Positions 9,991 to 20,440 of a DNA stretch of 64,000 nucleotides are shown one piece after another. The notes under the pieces were generated by a model, which did no database searches, was not told the DNA's origin, and was given only the letters and a program-made list of their open reading frames with translations. Both the position numbers and the translations under genes were made by a program. Source of the DNA: a virus; the IMG/VR virus record IMGVR_UViG_3300001765_000052; one strand, given 5' to 3'. How positions within the stretch are numbered: the stretch's first letter is position 1; each line of letters begins with the position of its first letter.

Positions 9991-11352
9991 GTGGAAATAG
10001 AAAAAACACCCCTATGGAAAGATTCCAGAGATATTATTCTCAATGGAGATGATGAAGCTAAAGTCGGCTGGACTGCTATCATACATCTTAATAACGAGGA
10101 AAAAGAAATATATAAACCTATACAAGTTAAAGCTATTGATATCAGTAGAGACTATTGTTATGGCTATGCTGATGAAATAACTTGTACTCTAGAAATACCT
10201 TTGGGTAAATATGCTAGACGAATTTACCCAAATAGAAATCATTTAGAAATTACATTAACAAAGAAACCATTAATTGGTTATGGTAGAGATATAAATAAAG
10301 AAATACCAGAAAATACTGAAAAGTATACTGCTACTCTTATAGATGAGGGTAGATCAATTGTAGAAGGCCAAGGTACAGAAACAAATGATGAATATGCATT
10401 AGACTTAATGAGTATTCCACCTATTAAATTTCAACTCTATACAAAAGCAGTAGAACAAATAAGAATGATAACTGTTGGTGGTATATTTAGACAAACAAAA
10501 CTCGATGATGTTATTAAAGGTATTTTAACAAAAGAAACACAAAAAATAAAAATAGATAAAAAACTAATGTTAAAGGGTGTAGATTTAATACCAATATCTA
10601 ACAAAGAAAAAAAAGAACATGTTGTAATCACTCATGGAATTAAACTTTATGATTTACCTAATTATATTCAAAATAAGTATGGTGTTTATAATTCTGGATT
10701 AGGTAGTTATATACAAAATAATTTTTGGTATATTTTTACATTATACGATACAACTCAATTTGAAAAAAGAGAAAAGACATTAACTATGTTAATTCTCCCT
10801 ATAACTAAATGTCCTGAAATAGAAAAATCATATAAGAAAAAAGGTGATGCTTTAACTATCCTTATATCAAGTGACACTAGTTTTAAAGATGAAACAGATA
10901 AGAAATATCTTAACAATGGTAATGGTGTTAGATTAGGTGATTCGAGAAAATTTTTAAATAATTATAGCACAACAGAAGATAATAAAACAAAAGTAGTTAG
11001 AATAGAAAATAACAGTGAATTTATTACAGATAAAAGAGATAATGAATTAAACATTGTTAATGTAACTGGTAATAGAATTACATCAAATCCTTTTGTAGTA
11101 TATTCAGATATGTGTTGCAGAAAAGGTGGATTATATCAATGCATATGGGAAAATTCAAACCCTAGTTTAATATTTCCAGGTATGCTAGTTAAAATTATAT
11201 ACTTTGATAAAACAGATATTGTAGAGATATATGGAGTTATACTCGGTACTAAAAGTACTAGTCTTAGAATTGGTGAAATTAATTCAAAACGACATACTAC
11301 AAATACAAATCTATATATCTTTGTTCAAAATAAACCAAAGGAAGTAAAATGA
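9991..11352 (+). CDS. putative virion structural protein
   Basis: 453-aa ORF in the same operon. Function inferred from context only. Confidence 0.5.
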   Translation: MEIEKTPLWKDSRDIILNGDDEAKVGWTAIIHLNNEEKEIYKPIQVKAIDISRDYCYGYADEITCTLEIPLGKYARRIYPNRNHLEITLTKKPLIGYGRDINKEIPENTEKYTATLIDEGRSIVEGQGTETNDEYALDLMSIPPIKFQLYTKAVEQIRMITVGGIFRQTKLDDVIKGILTKETQKIKIDKKLMLKGVDLIPISNKEKKEHVVITHGIKLYDLPNYIQNKYGVYNSGLGSYIQNNFWYIFTLYDTTQFEKREKTLTMLILPITKCPEIEKSYKKKGDALTILISSDTSFKDETDKKYLNNGNGVRLGDSRKFLNNYSTTEDNKTKVVRIENNSEFITDKRDNELNIVNVTGNRITSNPFVVYSDMCCRKGGLYQCIWENSNPSLIFPGMLVKIIYFDKTDIVEIYGVILGTKSTSLRIGEINSKRHTTNTNLYIFVQNKPKEVK

Positions 11353-12044
11353 ATACAGGAATATTTATATCGTTAGAAGGCGTAGATGCAAGTGGTAAAA
11401 GTACAATGGTAGATCACATTGCACAAGAGTTCGAAAAAATGGGTAGAGTAGTAGTTAAAACTAGAGAACCAGGTGGTACTATTGTTTCTTCTAAATTAAG
11501 AGATATTTTAATTAATACTGAAAAAGAAACAATAGATCCAGTCGCACAACTATTAATGTTTTTATCATCTAGGATACAAAATATACAAAATATAATTATA
11601 CCTGCACTACTAGAAAATAAAATAGTAATATGCGATAGATTTATGGATTCAGCAGTATGCTACCAAGGCTGTTTAAAGGGTCTACAGTGGACTATCGAAT
11701 CACTGTCTAGTATAGACTCACTAAGATACTTAAAAGAGCGCCCAGACCACACTATTTTCTTTAATGTAGATCCAGATGTTTCTTTAAGTAGAGCTACCTC
11801 CAGAGGTGAACTCAACCAATTAGATAAAGAGTATTTGGATGAAAGAGAAAAAATAGTATATTATTTTAGAAAACATTTTGAATCAATAAAATTCATAGAA
11901 GATTCTTCTAAATATAGTATACACACTGTTAATTCAAATGTTAGTATAGATGAAGTTAAACAAGTGTTATCCACAATGATACAAGATAACAAATTAAATT
12001 GTAAAAAAAATTCTTTCTTTAAAAGAATAACACATAGGTATTAA
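11349..12044 (+). CDS. tmk: thymidylate kinase
   Basis: FISLEGVDASGKST P-loop, TREPGGT, ICDRFMDS..CYQG and PD motifs. Confidence 0.95.
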   Translation: MNTGIFISLEGVDASGKSTMVDHIAQEFEKMGRVVVKTREPGGTIVSSKLRDILINTEKETIDPVAQLLMFLSSRIQNIQNIIIPALLENKIVICDRFMDSAVCYQGCLKGLQWTIESLSSIDSLRYLKERPDHTIFFNVDPDVSLSRATSRGELNQLDKEYLDEREKIVYYFRKHFESIKFIEDSSKYSIHTVNSNVSIDEVKQVLSTMIQDNKLNCKKNSFFKRITHRY

Positions 12045-12045
12045 T

Positions 12046-12082
12046 AAAATCCACTATTAGTTTTTAGCTAATAGTGGATTTT
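12046..12082. terminator. bidirectional hairpin terminator between convergent genes
   Basis: taaaatccactattag-tttttag-ctaatagtggatttta. Confidence 0.7.
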
Positions 12083-12086
12083 ATAT

Positions 12087-12908
12087 TTAAACTATTTTTA
12101 AATGAGAATATTTATGTTTTGAAAAATATTGACTATCTTTTAAATACAAATAGATATTCTTATCCATTATGAAATAATCTAATGGAATATATATACCAGA
12201 TAAAAAGTAGCATATAGTTAATAATTTTTTTAAATTATTAATATCGCCATTAAGTGTTTTAAATAATTTTAAATTATTTTTTTCTATAAGTGACATCAAA
12301 CGAATAATATTTGGACACTTATTAGCATTTCTAGATACATAAAAAAATCCTTGATCAATTACATCAATAATTTCTTTCATTTGAAGTATATCTGCACCTG
12401 TTGATTCTTGCAATAAGTTAACATCAATATCATTTATGTCAGTTTTAATTAACCTCGTAATAGCGTAATATTGTAATATAATTGTTAATGTCGTTTTATC
12501 TAAATTGAATAACACTTGCGGTATACTAAAATTAAATAATACAGCACACGCAGTAATCAATCTCTTAATATTATCTTTGCTAGTGTCAGTTAAAGTTGTG
12601 TTAGTGTGTAATTCTTTACATATATTTAATAAATACGTCGAATTCATATGGTATATTTGATGGAAATAATTTTTAATGAAATTATCAGACCAACCACAAT
12701 TTTGATTTATAAAGTCATCTAAAATTTTTTTCTTTTCGTTATCATTTAATAAAATATCCCAATTAAAATGAATCCATCCATTTTTATTTGTAATTACTTC
12801 CAGTTGGTTAACGACTGGCTTTTGTCTATTAAAAATTTTGTCTAACATAAAAAATAAAATAACTATTAATGCACAATAAAATAAAAAATCCATATCACTT
12901 TGGTCCAT
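12087..12908 (-). CDS. hypothetical protein with N-terminal transmembrane segment
   Basis: 273-aa ORF with hydrophobic FLFYCALIVILFFML. Confidence 0.7.
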   Translation of the reverse strand: MDQSDMDFLFYCALIVILFFMLDKIFNRQKPVVNQLEVITNKNGWIHFNWDILLNDNEKKKILDDFINQNCGWSDNFIKNYFHQIYHMNSTYLLNICKELHTNTTLTDTSKDNIKRLITACAVLFNFSIPQVLFNLDKTTLTIILQYYAITRLIKTDINDIDVNLLQESTGADILQMKEIIDVIDQGFFYVSRNANKCPNIIRLMSLIEKNNLKLFKTLNGDINNLKKLLTICYFLSGIYIPLDYFIMDKNIYLYLKDSQYFSKHKYSHLKIV

Positions 12909-13406
12909 AAAACACCTACATTATAATTTGACACATAGAAATAGTTGATTATTTTTATTTTACTATAAATAAAAAAAGATATAGTTAAACAATATAATGA
13001 GTAAGTAAACCCAAATAATATATTAATTAATATATTATTTATCGTCTCGTCCGCGCTACGCACGAACATCGTGCTTGGTATTTATAGTTTTATATTATTA
13101 TAATTTTTTAATATATATTTAATAAATTATATATTAAAATACATTAAAAGTTATTTTATGCCCTTTTTTGGACTTGACGTCCAAGGGCATAAAAGTCTTT
13201 AATTATTCCGAAAATGATACGGCTCGTTTGTACGACAGTACAAACTTCGCACGTAGTAGGTAAAAGGTTAAAATATAAATACCAATAGATTTAATTCGCT
13301 ACGCTCTTAAATAGATATACAAACCCCCCTCCCTAACGGTTCCCCCCTCTAGGAACTATAACATACATTATGCTTATCATTTTTTACACAAACACTACAA
13401 TAATAT

Positions 13407-13485
13407 TCTAGATTTTTTCAATCTTATATTATTTTAATGTGTTAGTGTCTTAACCAATGCAGTTATGCTGTAAGGAGAATTTATT
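13407..13485 (+). promoter_or_regulatory. early-promoter and leader module (cassette 5' element)
   Basis: tctagattttttcaat..tatatta..tg, then a TGCAG/CTGTA hairpin and AGGAG. The TATATTA core resembles the phiKZ early promoter TATATTAC. Confidence 0.75.
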
Positions 13486-13902
13486 ATGAACTGGTTTACA
13501 AAGTCTTATGTCGCTGCTACAAGTGATTTAAAGAAAACTGACCTAGTGGCTAATTGGGGTGGATGTGAACATGTAGAAGCTGACACAAAGTCATTGCACA
13601 TTGTATCATACGAAAATGACCCTTGGGGTAGAGAAGGATATTGTCTCTGTAAGGAATGCTGGGACAAGTGCCAAGAGGAAGAAGAAGATAAAGAAGTGTT
13701 TTGCAATGATTGCAAGACAAAAGTAAAAAAGAAAGATTCTATTACTTGGACCTGGTATGATTTTTATGCTCCATCTGGAGACACACCACTTGTTATATGC
13801 AAAGCGTGTGCTACAAAAGAAACACATAAACGTAGAACCCAAAAAGATGAAGCCGACAGAAAAGCTGAGTTTGGTGACCATGATAACGATTATTGCGATT
13901 AA
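13486..13902 (+). CDS. Cys-rich (zinc-binding) hypothetical protein
   Basis: Several CxxC motifs, strong SD. Confidence 0.8.
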   Translation: MNWFTKSYVAATSDLKKTDLVANWGGCEHVEADTKSLHIVSYENDPWGREGYCLCKECWDKCQEEEEDKEVFCNDCKTKVKKKDSITWTWYDFYAPSGDTPLVICKACATKETHKRRTQKDEADRKAEFGDHDNDYCD

Positions 13903-13912
13903 CTAATGTATA

Positions 13913-13946
13913 AAAATAAACCATTGTGGGCTCTTATTTTTTTTTT
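13913..13946 (+). repeat. conserved 3' element type A (terminator-like)
   Basis: aaataaaccattgtgggctcttattttt is identical at about 20913 and 25074. Confidence 0.9.
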
Positions 13947-13993
13947 GTTTAAAAACAAATATAATCACATATTACAAATATGAAAGGATTTAA

Positions 13994-14299
13994 ATGATTA
14001 ATAAACCAGTAGTATTAAATTATAAAACCATGCCATCAAATGTTGAAGGTGTAAACATAATGAGACCTAGTCCATTTGGAAATCCATTTAAAATTCCACA
14101 AGATGGAACAAGGAATGAAGTGTGTGATAAATTTGAAGCATATGTAAATTCTAATTCTGTTTTAATCCAAAAAATTAAAACAGAATTAAAAGGAAAAAAC
14201 CTGGTGTGTTGTTGTAAAAAACCAAATAAAGAAGTTCGGTGTCACGGCGATACTCTTTTAAGAATCGCAAATGAAATTAATGAAAGCGATTATTTATGA
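13994..14299 (+). CDS. DUF4326-family protein
   Basis: RPSPFGNPF, LKGKNLVCCC and CHGDTL motifs. Confidence 0.8.
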   Translation: MINKPVVLNYKTMPSNVEGVNIMRPSPFGNPFKIPQDGTRNEVCDKFEAYVNSNSVLIQKIKTELKGKNLVCCCKKPNKEVRCHGDTLLRIANEINESDYL

Positions 14300-14604
14300 A
14301 TAAACCAGAACAAAGAATTGTTTGCGCAGCTTGTAGAAATAAAGATAATCATGTTATTATTGGAATCAGACATTTTGATACAATAATGCATACTACAATT
14401 GATGATAGATTAAACTTTTATCCAAATGAACATTGGGCTAATTGTGAACAAGGTTTTTTAGATCAATACGGTGAATTTTTTGATAGAAAGACTAGCTGGT
14501 TAATTGCTTGCTCTGCTAATCAAATAATTCGTTTAGTAGGAAATCAAACTAAAGAAGATTTAAATAAATCGGGTGTTGAACTTTATTCTGAAAATTTATA
14601 TTAA
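14296..14604 (+). CDS. conserved phage hypothetical protein
   Basis: IVCAA..RH..QGFLDQYGEFFDR..IA..Q..LYSE pattern, apparently related to 36396..36737. Confidence 0.75.
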   Translation: MNKPEQRIVCAACRNKDNHVIIGIRHFDTIMHTTIDDRLNFYPNEHWANCEQGFLDQYGEFFDRKTSWLIACSANQIIRLVGNQTKEDLNKSGVELYSENLY

Positions 14605-14608
14605 AATT

Positions 14609-14783
14609 ATGTATTTTTATAAATCATTAAAAGTTATATTTTCTATAATTTTAACTATAGTTTGGTTAATTGGTATAACTATATCAAAAGGTGTAGTATC
14701 AACTTATTTTTTCAATTATATTTCCACCGTATGCTTGGTATTTAGTTGTAGAGAAAATTACTAAAATGTATGGGTTTATTTGA
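14609..14783 (+). pseudogene. small membrane protein with a frameshift in a T-run
   Basis: MYFYKSLKVIFSIILTIVWLIGITISKGVVSTYF continues as SIIFPPYAWYLVVEKITKMYGFI* in another frame after the T6 run at about 14707-14712. Confidence 0.55.
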
Positions 14784-14813
14784 CATTAATATTTTTTAAA
14801 AAGGAAATTAAAA

Positions 14814-16181
14814 ATGAGTAACATTCAAGTAGGGATTACAGATCATTTAGATCCAGAAGTAGAAGCTATGGTAATGGCAATGTATAGTCGTAGCTATGCA
14901 CCAATTGAAGGGCGTATTCCTTCTAGTGAAGAATCTATTGAAGAACATAAAAAGAAACTAGGTAAATTTTATATTGGATACAATCACAAAAGTGTGGGTC
15001 AACTTGGAGATACAACAATTTGGATAGAAGGTGTCTCTATGCTTGCAGCTAAAGCTATTGAAAATCATCCTCTATATAACGGGCAAGAAAGTTCAACAAG
15101 ATATATTGACTTCTCCAGTCAACCAATGTTTTCACCTAATGAAGATATCGTGTATTGGCAAGAGAAATTTAGAGCTTTCTATATCAAAGCAGTTCCGTTA
15201 GTAATTGAAAAACTTAAATTAGAGTTTCCTCTAATAGAAAATGTTAAATATGTAGGTGATCCATTAACTAATAAAGACAGTGCTGTTTGGGAAAATACGA
15301 TTAAAGCAAGAGCTTTTGATATTTGTCGAGGAATCTTACCTGCAGGCTGCACTACTAATGTAGCATTCAAAGGTACATTTGACACTATCAACGACCATTT
15401 TGGTGAGATGCTGTATCACCCATGCCAAGAGATGAGAGATATTGCAGAAACAGTTCTTACTAAATTGAAAGAAAAATATCCATATGCTGCTATGGATATT
15501 GATAAACTAGAAGAAAGGCACACATATGTGAATAATATATTTTTCTATCAGTGTTTTGATGTATATGGGGAAAGCACTAGTGTAAAAGTTGTTACTGATC
15601 CAGAAAGTGCTAGTTTTAATGATTTAGAATTTTTTCATAAAAGAGATAAATTTTCTAAACTCAGTAGATTTATTTCTAATTTCTTTAGAATAAGGTTAAT
15701 AGGTTTACTTGATTTTGGATCTTATAGGGATATTCATAGGCATCGTAATGGTTATATTGGAATGGAAGCTTTGTCTATCGATAAAGGATTCCATGAATTT
15801 TATTTGAATAACCTTACACCTGAATTGACTGATGAATTAACAGATATTTTAAGTGAATATGAAGATTGGTATGAGAATATAGTTGACCTAGACACAATAA
15901 ATGGTTTAACATCTAATGAGCTTTATGATTTACAATATTGTACACCTATGGGCTATAGAGTAGCAATTGATTACAATTGCGACATCAATCAGGCTCTTTA
16001 TTTAATGGAACTTCGTTCCGGTAAAACAGTACATCAAACACTTAGAGAACTTATTCAATCTTGGGTAATACAATTAAAAGAAATTTATCCAACTTTAGAT
16101 ATCCATGCAGATATGGATAAAGATAATTTTACTCTTAAAAGAGGAAATCAGACATTTGATAATCTAATGTATCAAAATTAA
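14814..16181 (+). CDS. thyX: FAD-dependent thymidylate synthase (long form)
   Basis: YIGYNHKSV, QESSTRYIDF, ARAFDICRGILPAG, DFGSYRDIHRHR and ELRS motifs. Confidence 0.85.
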   Translation: MSNIQVGITDHLDPEVEAMVMAMYSRSYAPIEGRIPSSEESIEEHKKKLGKFYIGYNHKSVGQLGDTTIWIEGVSMLAAKAIENHPLYNGQESSTRYIDFSSQPMFSPNEDIVYWQEKFRAFYIKAVPLVIEKLKLEFPLIENVKYVGDPLTNKDSAVWENTIKARAFDICRGILPAGCTTNVAFKGTFDTINDHFGEMLYHPCQEMRDIAETVLTKLKEKYPYAAMDIDKLEERHTYVNNIFFYQCFDVYGESTSVKVVTDPESASFNDLEFFHKRDKFSKLSRFISNFFRIRLIGLLDFGSYRDIHRHRNGYIGMEALSIDKGFHEFYLNNLTPELTDELTDILSEYEDWYENIVDLDTINGLTSNELYDLQYCTPMGYRVAIDYNCDINQALYLMELRSGKTVHQTLRELIQSWVIQLKEIYPTLDIHADMDKDNFTLKRGNQTFDNLMYQN

Positions 16182-16439
16182 ATGAAAAAAAGTATTTATT
16201 ATCAAGGACCTAAAAAATTAAATACGTCAACTACTCCAGTTATTTCTGTTATAAAAGTTATATTGCCGCTTCTTTCAACTAATTTAATTACTCGTAATGA
16301 GGATATATTAGATTTTAATAATCTTGTTAATAAAAGTTATATTTCTATTCAGAAACCACAATATAACTTAAACAAAGACCGTTTATCTATATTAGGTAGA
16401 AGTACATATGGGCCTCAAAAGTTACATAGGAAAAAATAG
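16182..16439 (+). CDS. hypothetical protein
   Basis: ORF abutting thyX. Confidence 0.5.
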   Translation: MKKSIYYQGPKKLNTSTTPVISVIKVILPLLSTNLITRNEDILDFNNLVNKSYISIQKPQYNLNKDRLSILGRSTYGPQKLHRKK

Positions 16440-16753
16440 TGTTAATTATTTCTAAGAAAACAAAAGCAATTTCAGATAAACAGTATGCTAATCAAATTGA
16501 ATATTGGTTAAATTTAAAAAATAAATTTTTAGATAAAACCCAATCAACTTTTCTAAAAGAAGTTAATAAAGTAATTGGTGAGTATACTTATGTAAACATT
16601 GAATTAGAAAAATCTAATTTTTGCGTGTATTATACGGTAATTGAATTTCAAAGAAATAAAATTGATATATTATTTAGAAATACATCTCGAATCACTATTT
16701 CTAAACCAATTGAAATGTGTACTAATTTAATCCAGATCACCTTTGAGGTTTAA
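16439..16753 (+). CDS. hypothetical protein
   Basis: ORF in the operon, GTG start. Confidence 0.55.
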   Translation: MLIISKKTKAISDKQYANQIEYWLNLKNKFLDKTQSTFLKEVNKVIGEYTYVNIELEKSNFCVYYTVIEFQRNKIDILFRNTSRITISKPIEMCTNLIQITFEV

Positions 16754-16755
16754 AA

Positions 16756-17208
16756 ATGAATATAGTTATTGGAAATATTCTAAAAGAAACTAGAGGAATA
16801 TTAGTGCACAGTTGTAATGCTCAAGGTGTAATGGGCGCAGGATTAGCATATCAAATTAAGAAAAAATATCCAGCTGTATTTAATGATTATCTGAAATTAA
16901 TTGGAACGACATATCCCGATAACTTATTGGGTTCATCTGTAGTAACTAGTGTTTCGGATGAATTACATATTGTTAGTGGTATAGGTCAAATGTATTATGG
17001 AAAAGATCCTTTTACACGATATACAAGTTATCCAGCAATCAGACAAATCTTTGAAAGAGTAAATGGATTAGCTTTCAGATTAAAATTACCAGTAATTTTT
17101 CCAGAAATTGGTTGCGGATTAGGAAATGGTAATTGGGGTGTAATTGCTGAGATAATTGAATATACTTTAGATACCAGTATAGAACGAACTCTATTTAAAC
17201 TGAAATAA
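16756..17208 (+). CDS. macro-domain (ADP-ribose-binding or hydrolase) protein
   Basis: GNIL, VHSCNAQGVMGAGLA..IK and PEIGCGLGNGNW motifs. Confidence 0.9.
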   Translation: MNIVIGNILKETRGILVHSCNAQGVMGAGLAYQIKKKYPAVFNDYLKLIGTTYPDNLLGSSVVTSVSDELHIVSGIGQMYYGKDPFTRYTSYPAIRQIFERVNGLAFRLKLPVIFPEIGCGLGNGNWGVIAEIIEYTLDTSIERTLFKLK

Positions 17209-17214
17209 TATAAG

Positions 17215-17260
17215 ATGCCAGTAAGATACATACACAAATTGTATGTATCTTACTGGCATT
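17215..17260. terminator. long palindromic hairpin terminator
   Basis: atgccagtaagatacataca-caaat-tgtatgtatcttactggcat. Confidence 0.75.
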
Positions 17261-17287
17261 ATTTTATTTAAATTAAAGGAGTTTGTA

Positions 17288-17359
17288 ATGGAATCTAAAA
17301 AAGTAAACACAGCATCAACAATATTGACACAACTCTTAACAGGGAAAGAAAAGATTTAA
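17288..17359 (+). pseudogene. orphan 5' fragment homologous to the start of gene 18059
   Basis: AAAGGAG SD, then MESKKVNTASTILTQLLTGKEKI*, compared with MESNQKNKLVDILRQLGTGKDNQ at 18059. Confidence 0.75.
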
Positions 17360-18018
17360 ATATGCTTCCAAGTTACACCGTGTATTATTTTGAATATAGC
17401 ACCATTGCTGACATTATGCTTATCTGCTAAATTTTGCATAGATGTGACTTTTGGTATATATTCTATTCGTATATTTTTAACTTTTTCTTCATTTAATATA
17501 ACGCCAATTGCGTTTTCGCCGTGGCGATGACGTTTTTTATTAACTACATCTAAAGAATTATCTTTGTATGTACCCTGTTTTAAATGATCAGGATTAATAC
17601 ATTTTCTATTATCACATTCATGTAAAATTATATTACCATCAATAATTTCACCTTTATTTGCAATATAAGATAATCTATGCGCTTTGGTTACTTTACCGTC
17701 CACGTTTAATACGCCATATCCTGTTTTTGCGACAGCGCCTGTCCATTCAACACAACCATTGTCTTTTTTAATAGAATATTTATCTAACCTTGATTCGATT
17801 GACCTGGTAACAGATGCTTTGTCTTTATAATAGCAATCTAATGAACAATATTTTTGAGATGTGTTACCAGAAACTCTATTAAAAATTTTACCGCATCCTG
17901 CACACGTGGTTTTTAACATTTCTTCATTGTGTATTCTTCTGCATTCATATGAGCAATGTTGAATGTCTTTATGATGTGTTTTAAAAATAATGCCACATTG
18001 ATTACATTTTATTTCCAT
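17356..18018 (-). CDS. free-standing HNH homing endonuclease with N-terminal zinc-finger repeats
   Basis: CVEWTG..GYG..AHRLSY..ILHECDNRKCINPDHL..GT..DN, two CxxC...CS..C repeats and a C-terminal HTH-like segment. Opposite strand to its neighbours. Confidence 0.9.
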   Translation of the reverse strand: MEIKCNQCGIIFKTHHKDIQHCSYECRRIHNEEMLKTTCAGCGKIFNRVSGNTSQKYCSLDCYYKDKASVTRSIESRLDKYSIKKDNGCVEWTGAVAKTGYGVLNVDGKVTKAHRLSYIANKGEIIDGNIILHECDNRKCINPDHLKQGTYKDNSLDVVNKKRHRHGENAIGVILNEEKVKNIRIEYIPKVTSMQNLADKHNVSNGAIFKIIHGVTWKHI

Positions 18019-18058
18019 GTTTTCACCTATTTAATAATTTAACTGAGGACCTCATATT

Positions 18059-18334
18059 ATGGAATCTAATCAAAAAAATAAATTAGTTGATATTCTTAGA
18101 CAGCTCGGGACTGGAAAAGACAACCAAACGCACGATATTGTTCGTTGGTTAGCCGCAATTACATTTTTAGTATCCATTGGTTTAACTATTTATATTGTTA
18201 TTGTAAAAGATAAACCATTTGATATTCAAGAGTTTGGAATTGCTATATCAACATTGTTTGCATCTATTGGTGCAGCATTACGATTAAAAGAAACTACTGA
18301 GCCACCTGCATCGGAAGATAAACCAAAGGAATAA
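18059..18334 (+). CDS. small two-TM membrane protein (holin-like)
   Basis: Two hydrophobic helices and a charged C-tail. Confidence 0.6.
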   Translation: MESNQKNKLVDILRQLGTGKDNQTHDIVRWLAAITFLVSIGLTIYIVIVKDKPFDIQEFGIAISTLFASIGAALRLKETTEPPASEDKPKE

Positions 18335-18336
18335 AA

Positions 18337-20367
18337 ATGTTTTCGTATTTAAAAAGGTTAGCTGGTAATGTAACGGTTCGAGAAAATAATGGTATTATAA
18401 CAGTAGAAGGTGTAGATGCAGATGTTATTCAAAAAGATATTAAGACCATATGGGAAACAAATAAAATTAATGTTAATATGTTTTTGCATATCGGAGGCAG
18501 TAGTTTTTCTTTTTTATCTTTTTATGCTACCGATATACTCTATACATTAAATAAATTAACAGATAGCCAACATTCTGTTAAAATAAGTATTCGTACTTTA
18601 ACTAAGATAAAAGATAGGCTATTGGAACATACGTGGTTATCTAAAACACAATTAGATGCTCCTAGTATTTTAGATAGGTCGAAACTCAAAGATTTTATTT
18701 TTCAACCATTAGATTTTCAAGCTGAATTTTTTAATGTATACGAACAAAATATTTTTAAATATAGTTTAAAAGGATTTATGTTAGCAGCTAGTGCTGGAAG
18801 TGGCAAAACATATACGAGTTTAGCATTAACACATATGTTGGGTTTAGATAACATAATTATTGTTTGCCCTAAAGCTGCATTAATAAAAGTGTGGGAAGAA
18901 AGCATTAAATCATTATTTATTAATAAGCAAACATATTGGATATCCAATTCAGATACACCACCAACTGGTAAAGAAAGATTTATTGTTTGTCATTATGAAG
19001 CACTCTCTAAAGTGTTAGAATATTCAAATGCAATAAAGGATAATAAAGTTGCAGTTATTTTAGATGAAAGCCATAACCTCAATGAGATGAACTCCTTACG
19101 GTCGGGGAATTTTATTGAACTTTGTAACAAAGTAAAATCAGAGCATGTTATTTGGTTGTCAGGTACTCCTTTTAAAGCGACTGCATTGGAAGTAATACCT
19201 TTATTGCGTGCAATAGACCCTCTTTATAATAATGGCGTTGAAGAAAGCTTTAGAAAGATTTATGGTAAATCAGCAACTAGAGCTGTTGAGATTTTAAATA
19301 ATCGGTTAGGTTTAGTTACTTTTAAAGTAGAGAAAAAAGAATTAAAATTACTGCCACCAATATTTTCAGAAATTAAAGTAAAAATACCTAATTGTTCTAA
19401 ATACACTTTAACTGAAATTAAAATAGTAATGAAAAAATTCATATTGGATAGATATGAATATTACGAAAGTAGAAAAAAATTAGATGAAAAGATTTTCTAT
19501 GGTTGTTTAGATTATTATAGAAATACACTTAGGAATAAAAATGATATTGCACTGTATAATTTTTATAGAGAAAGTTTAGTATCTGTTATAAAATCAGGTG
19601 GTGATTTTTCTGCAAAAGAAGATATTATGTTTTGTAATAGATTTGAAGCAACTAAAATACTTCCAATATTACCGCCAGATAAAAAAGCTGGATTTAGAGA
19701 TACTAAATCTATTATTAAATACATCAAACTAAAAATACAAGGTGAAGCATTAGGTAGAGTATTTGGTGCTATGCGTGTACAATGCCATGTTGATATGGTT
19801 GATAAAATAGATTTTAAAGCTATATGCGAAAGTACATTAAAGAAAACAGTTGTATTTACTAGTTTTGTTCAAGTTGTTGAAAAAGCTCAAAAATACACAA
19901 CGGAAATTGGTTTAAATCCATTAGTAATATATGGTAAAACAAATGTAAATTTAGCATCTATAGTTACTTCATTTGAAAAAGATGATAATTTAAATCCATT
20001 GATTGCTACTTTTAAATCTTTATCCACAGCTGTTCCTTTAATTATGGCAGATACAGTTTTATTATTAGATTCACCTTATCGTGATTATATAGTACAGCAA
20101 TCTATATCACGGGTACATAGATTAGGCTCTACAACACAAGTTTATGTATATACATGTTCTTTAGATACCGGTGAAGAGATGAATATTTCAACTAGAAGTT
20201 TTGAGATTTTATCACAATGTCAAAACTTTGTAGAAAAATTAACTGGTGTTACTTCACCATTTATTTTAACAGATAATCCTGAAGAGTTAGAATTTAGTTT
20301 GGAAGGTCTAGATATTGAAATAATTGAATCTGTTTCTAATTTTAAACCTAATTTTATTAATTGGTAA
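18337..20367 (+). CDS. SNF2/DEAD-like superfamily 2 helicase
   Basis: AGSGKT Walker A, ILDESH, LSGTP and QSISRVHRLG motifs. Confidence 0.9.
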   Translation: MFSYLKRLAGNVTVRENNGIITVEGVDADVIQKDIKTIWETNKINVNMFLHIGGSSFSFLSFYATDILYTLNKLTDSQHSVKISIRTLTKIKDRLLEHTWLSKTQLDAPSILDRSKLKDFIFQPLDFQAEFFNVYEQNIFKYSLKGFMLAASAGSGKTYTSLALTHMLGLDNIIIVCPKAALIKVWEESIKSLFINKQTYWISNSDTPPTGKERFIVCHYEALSKVLEYSNAIKDNKVAVILDESHNLNEMNSLRSGNFIELCNKVKSEHVIWLSGTPFKATALEVIPLLRAIDPLYNNGVEESFRKIYGKSATRAVEILNNRLGLVTFKVEKKELKLLPPIFSEIKVKIPNCSKYTLTEIKIVMKKFILDRYEYYESRKKLDEKIFYGCLDYYRNTLRNKNDIALYNFYRESLVSVIKSGGDFSAKEDIMFCNRFEATKILPILPPDKKAGFRDTKSIIKYIKLKIQGEALGRVFGAMRVQCHVDMVDKIDFKAICESTLKKTVVFTSFVQVVEKAQKYTTEIGLNPLVIYGKTNVNLASIVTSFEKDDNLNPLIATFKSLSTAVPLIMADTVLLLDSPYRDYIVQQSISRVHRLGSTTQVYVYTCSLDTGEEMNISTRSFEILSQCQNFVEKLTGVTSPFILTDNPEELEFSLEGLDIEIIESVSNFKPNFINW

Positions 20368-20387
20368 GAAAAATTTAAATATTTAAT

Positions 20388-20434
20388 TATAAACTCCACT
20401 ACTAAACCTTAATTGGAATAGTAGTGGAGTTTAT
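20388..20434. terminator. hairpin terminator
   Basis: ataaactccactacta...tagtagtggagtttat. Confidence 0.7.
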
Positions 20435-20440
20435 GATTAT

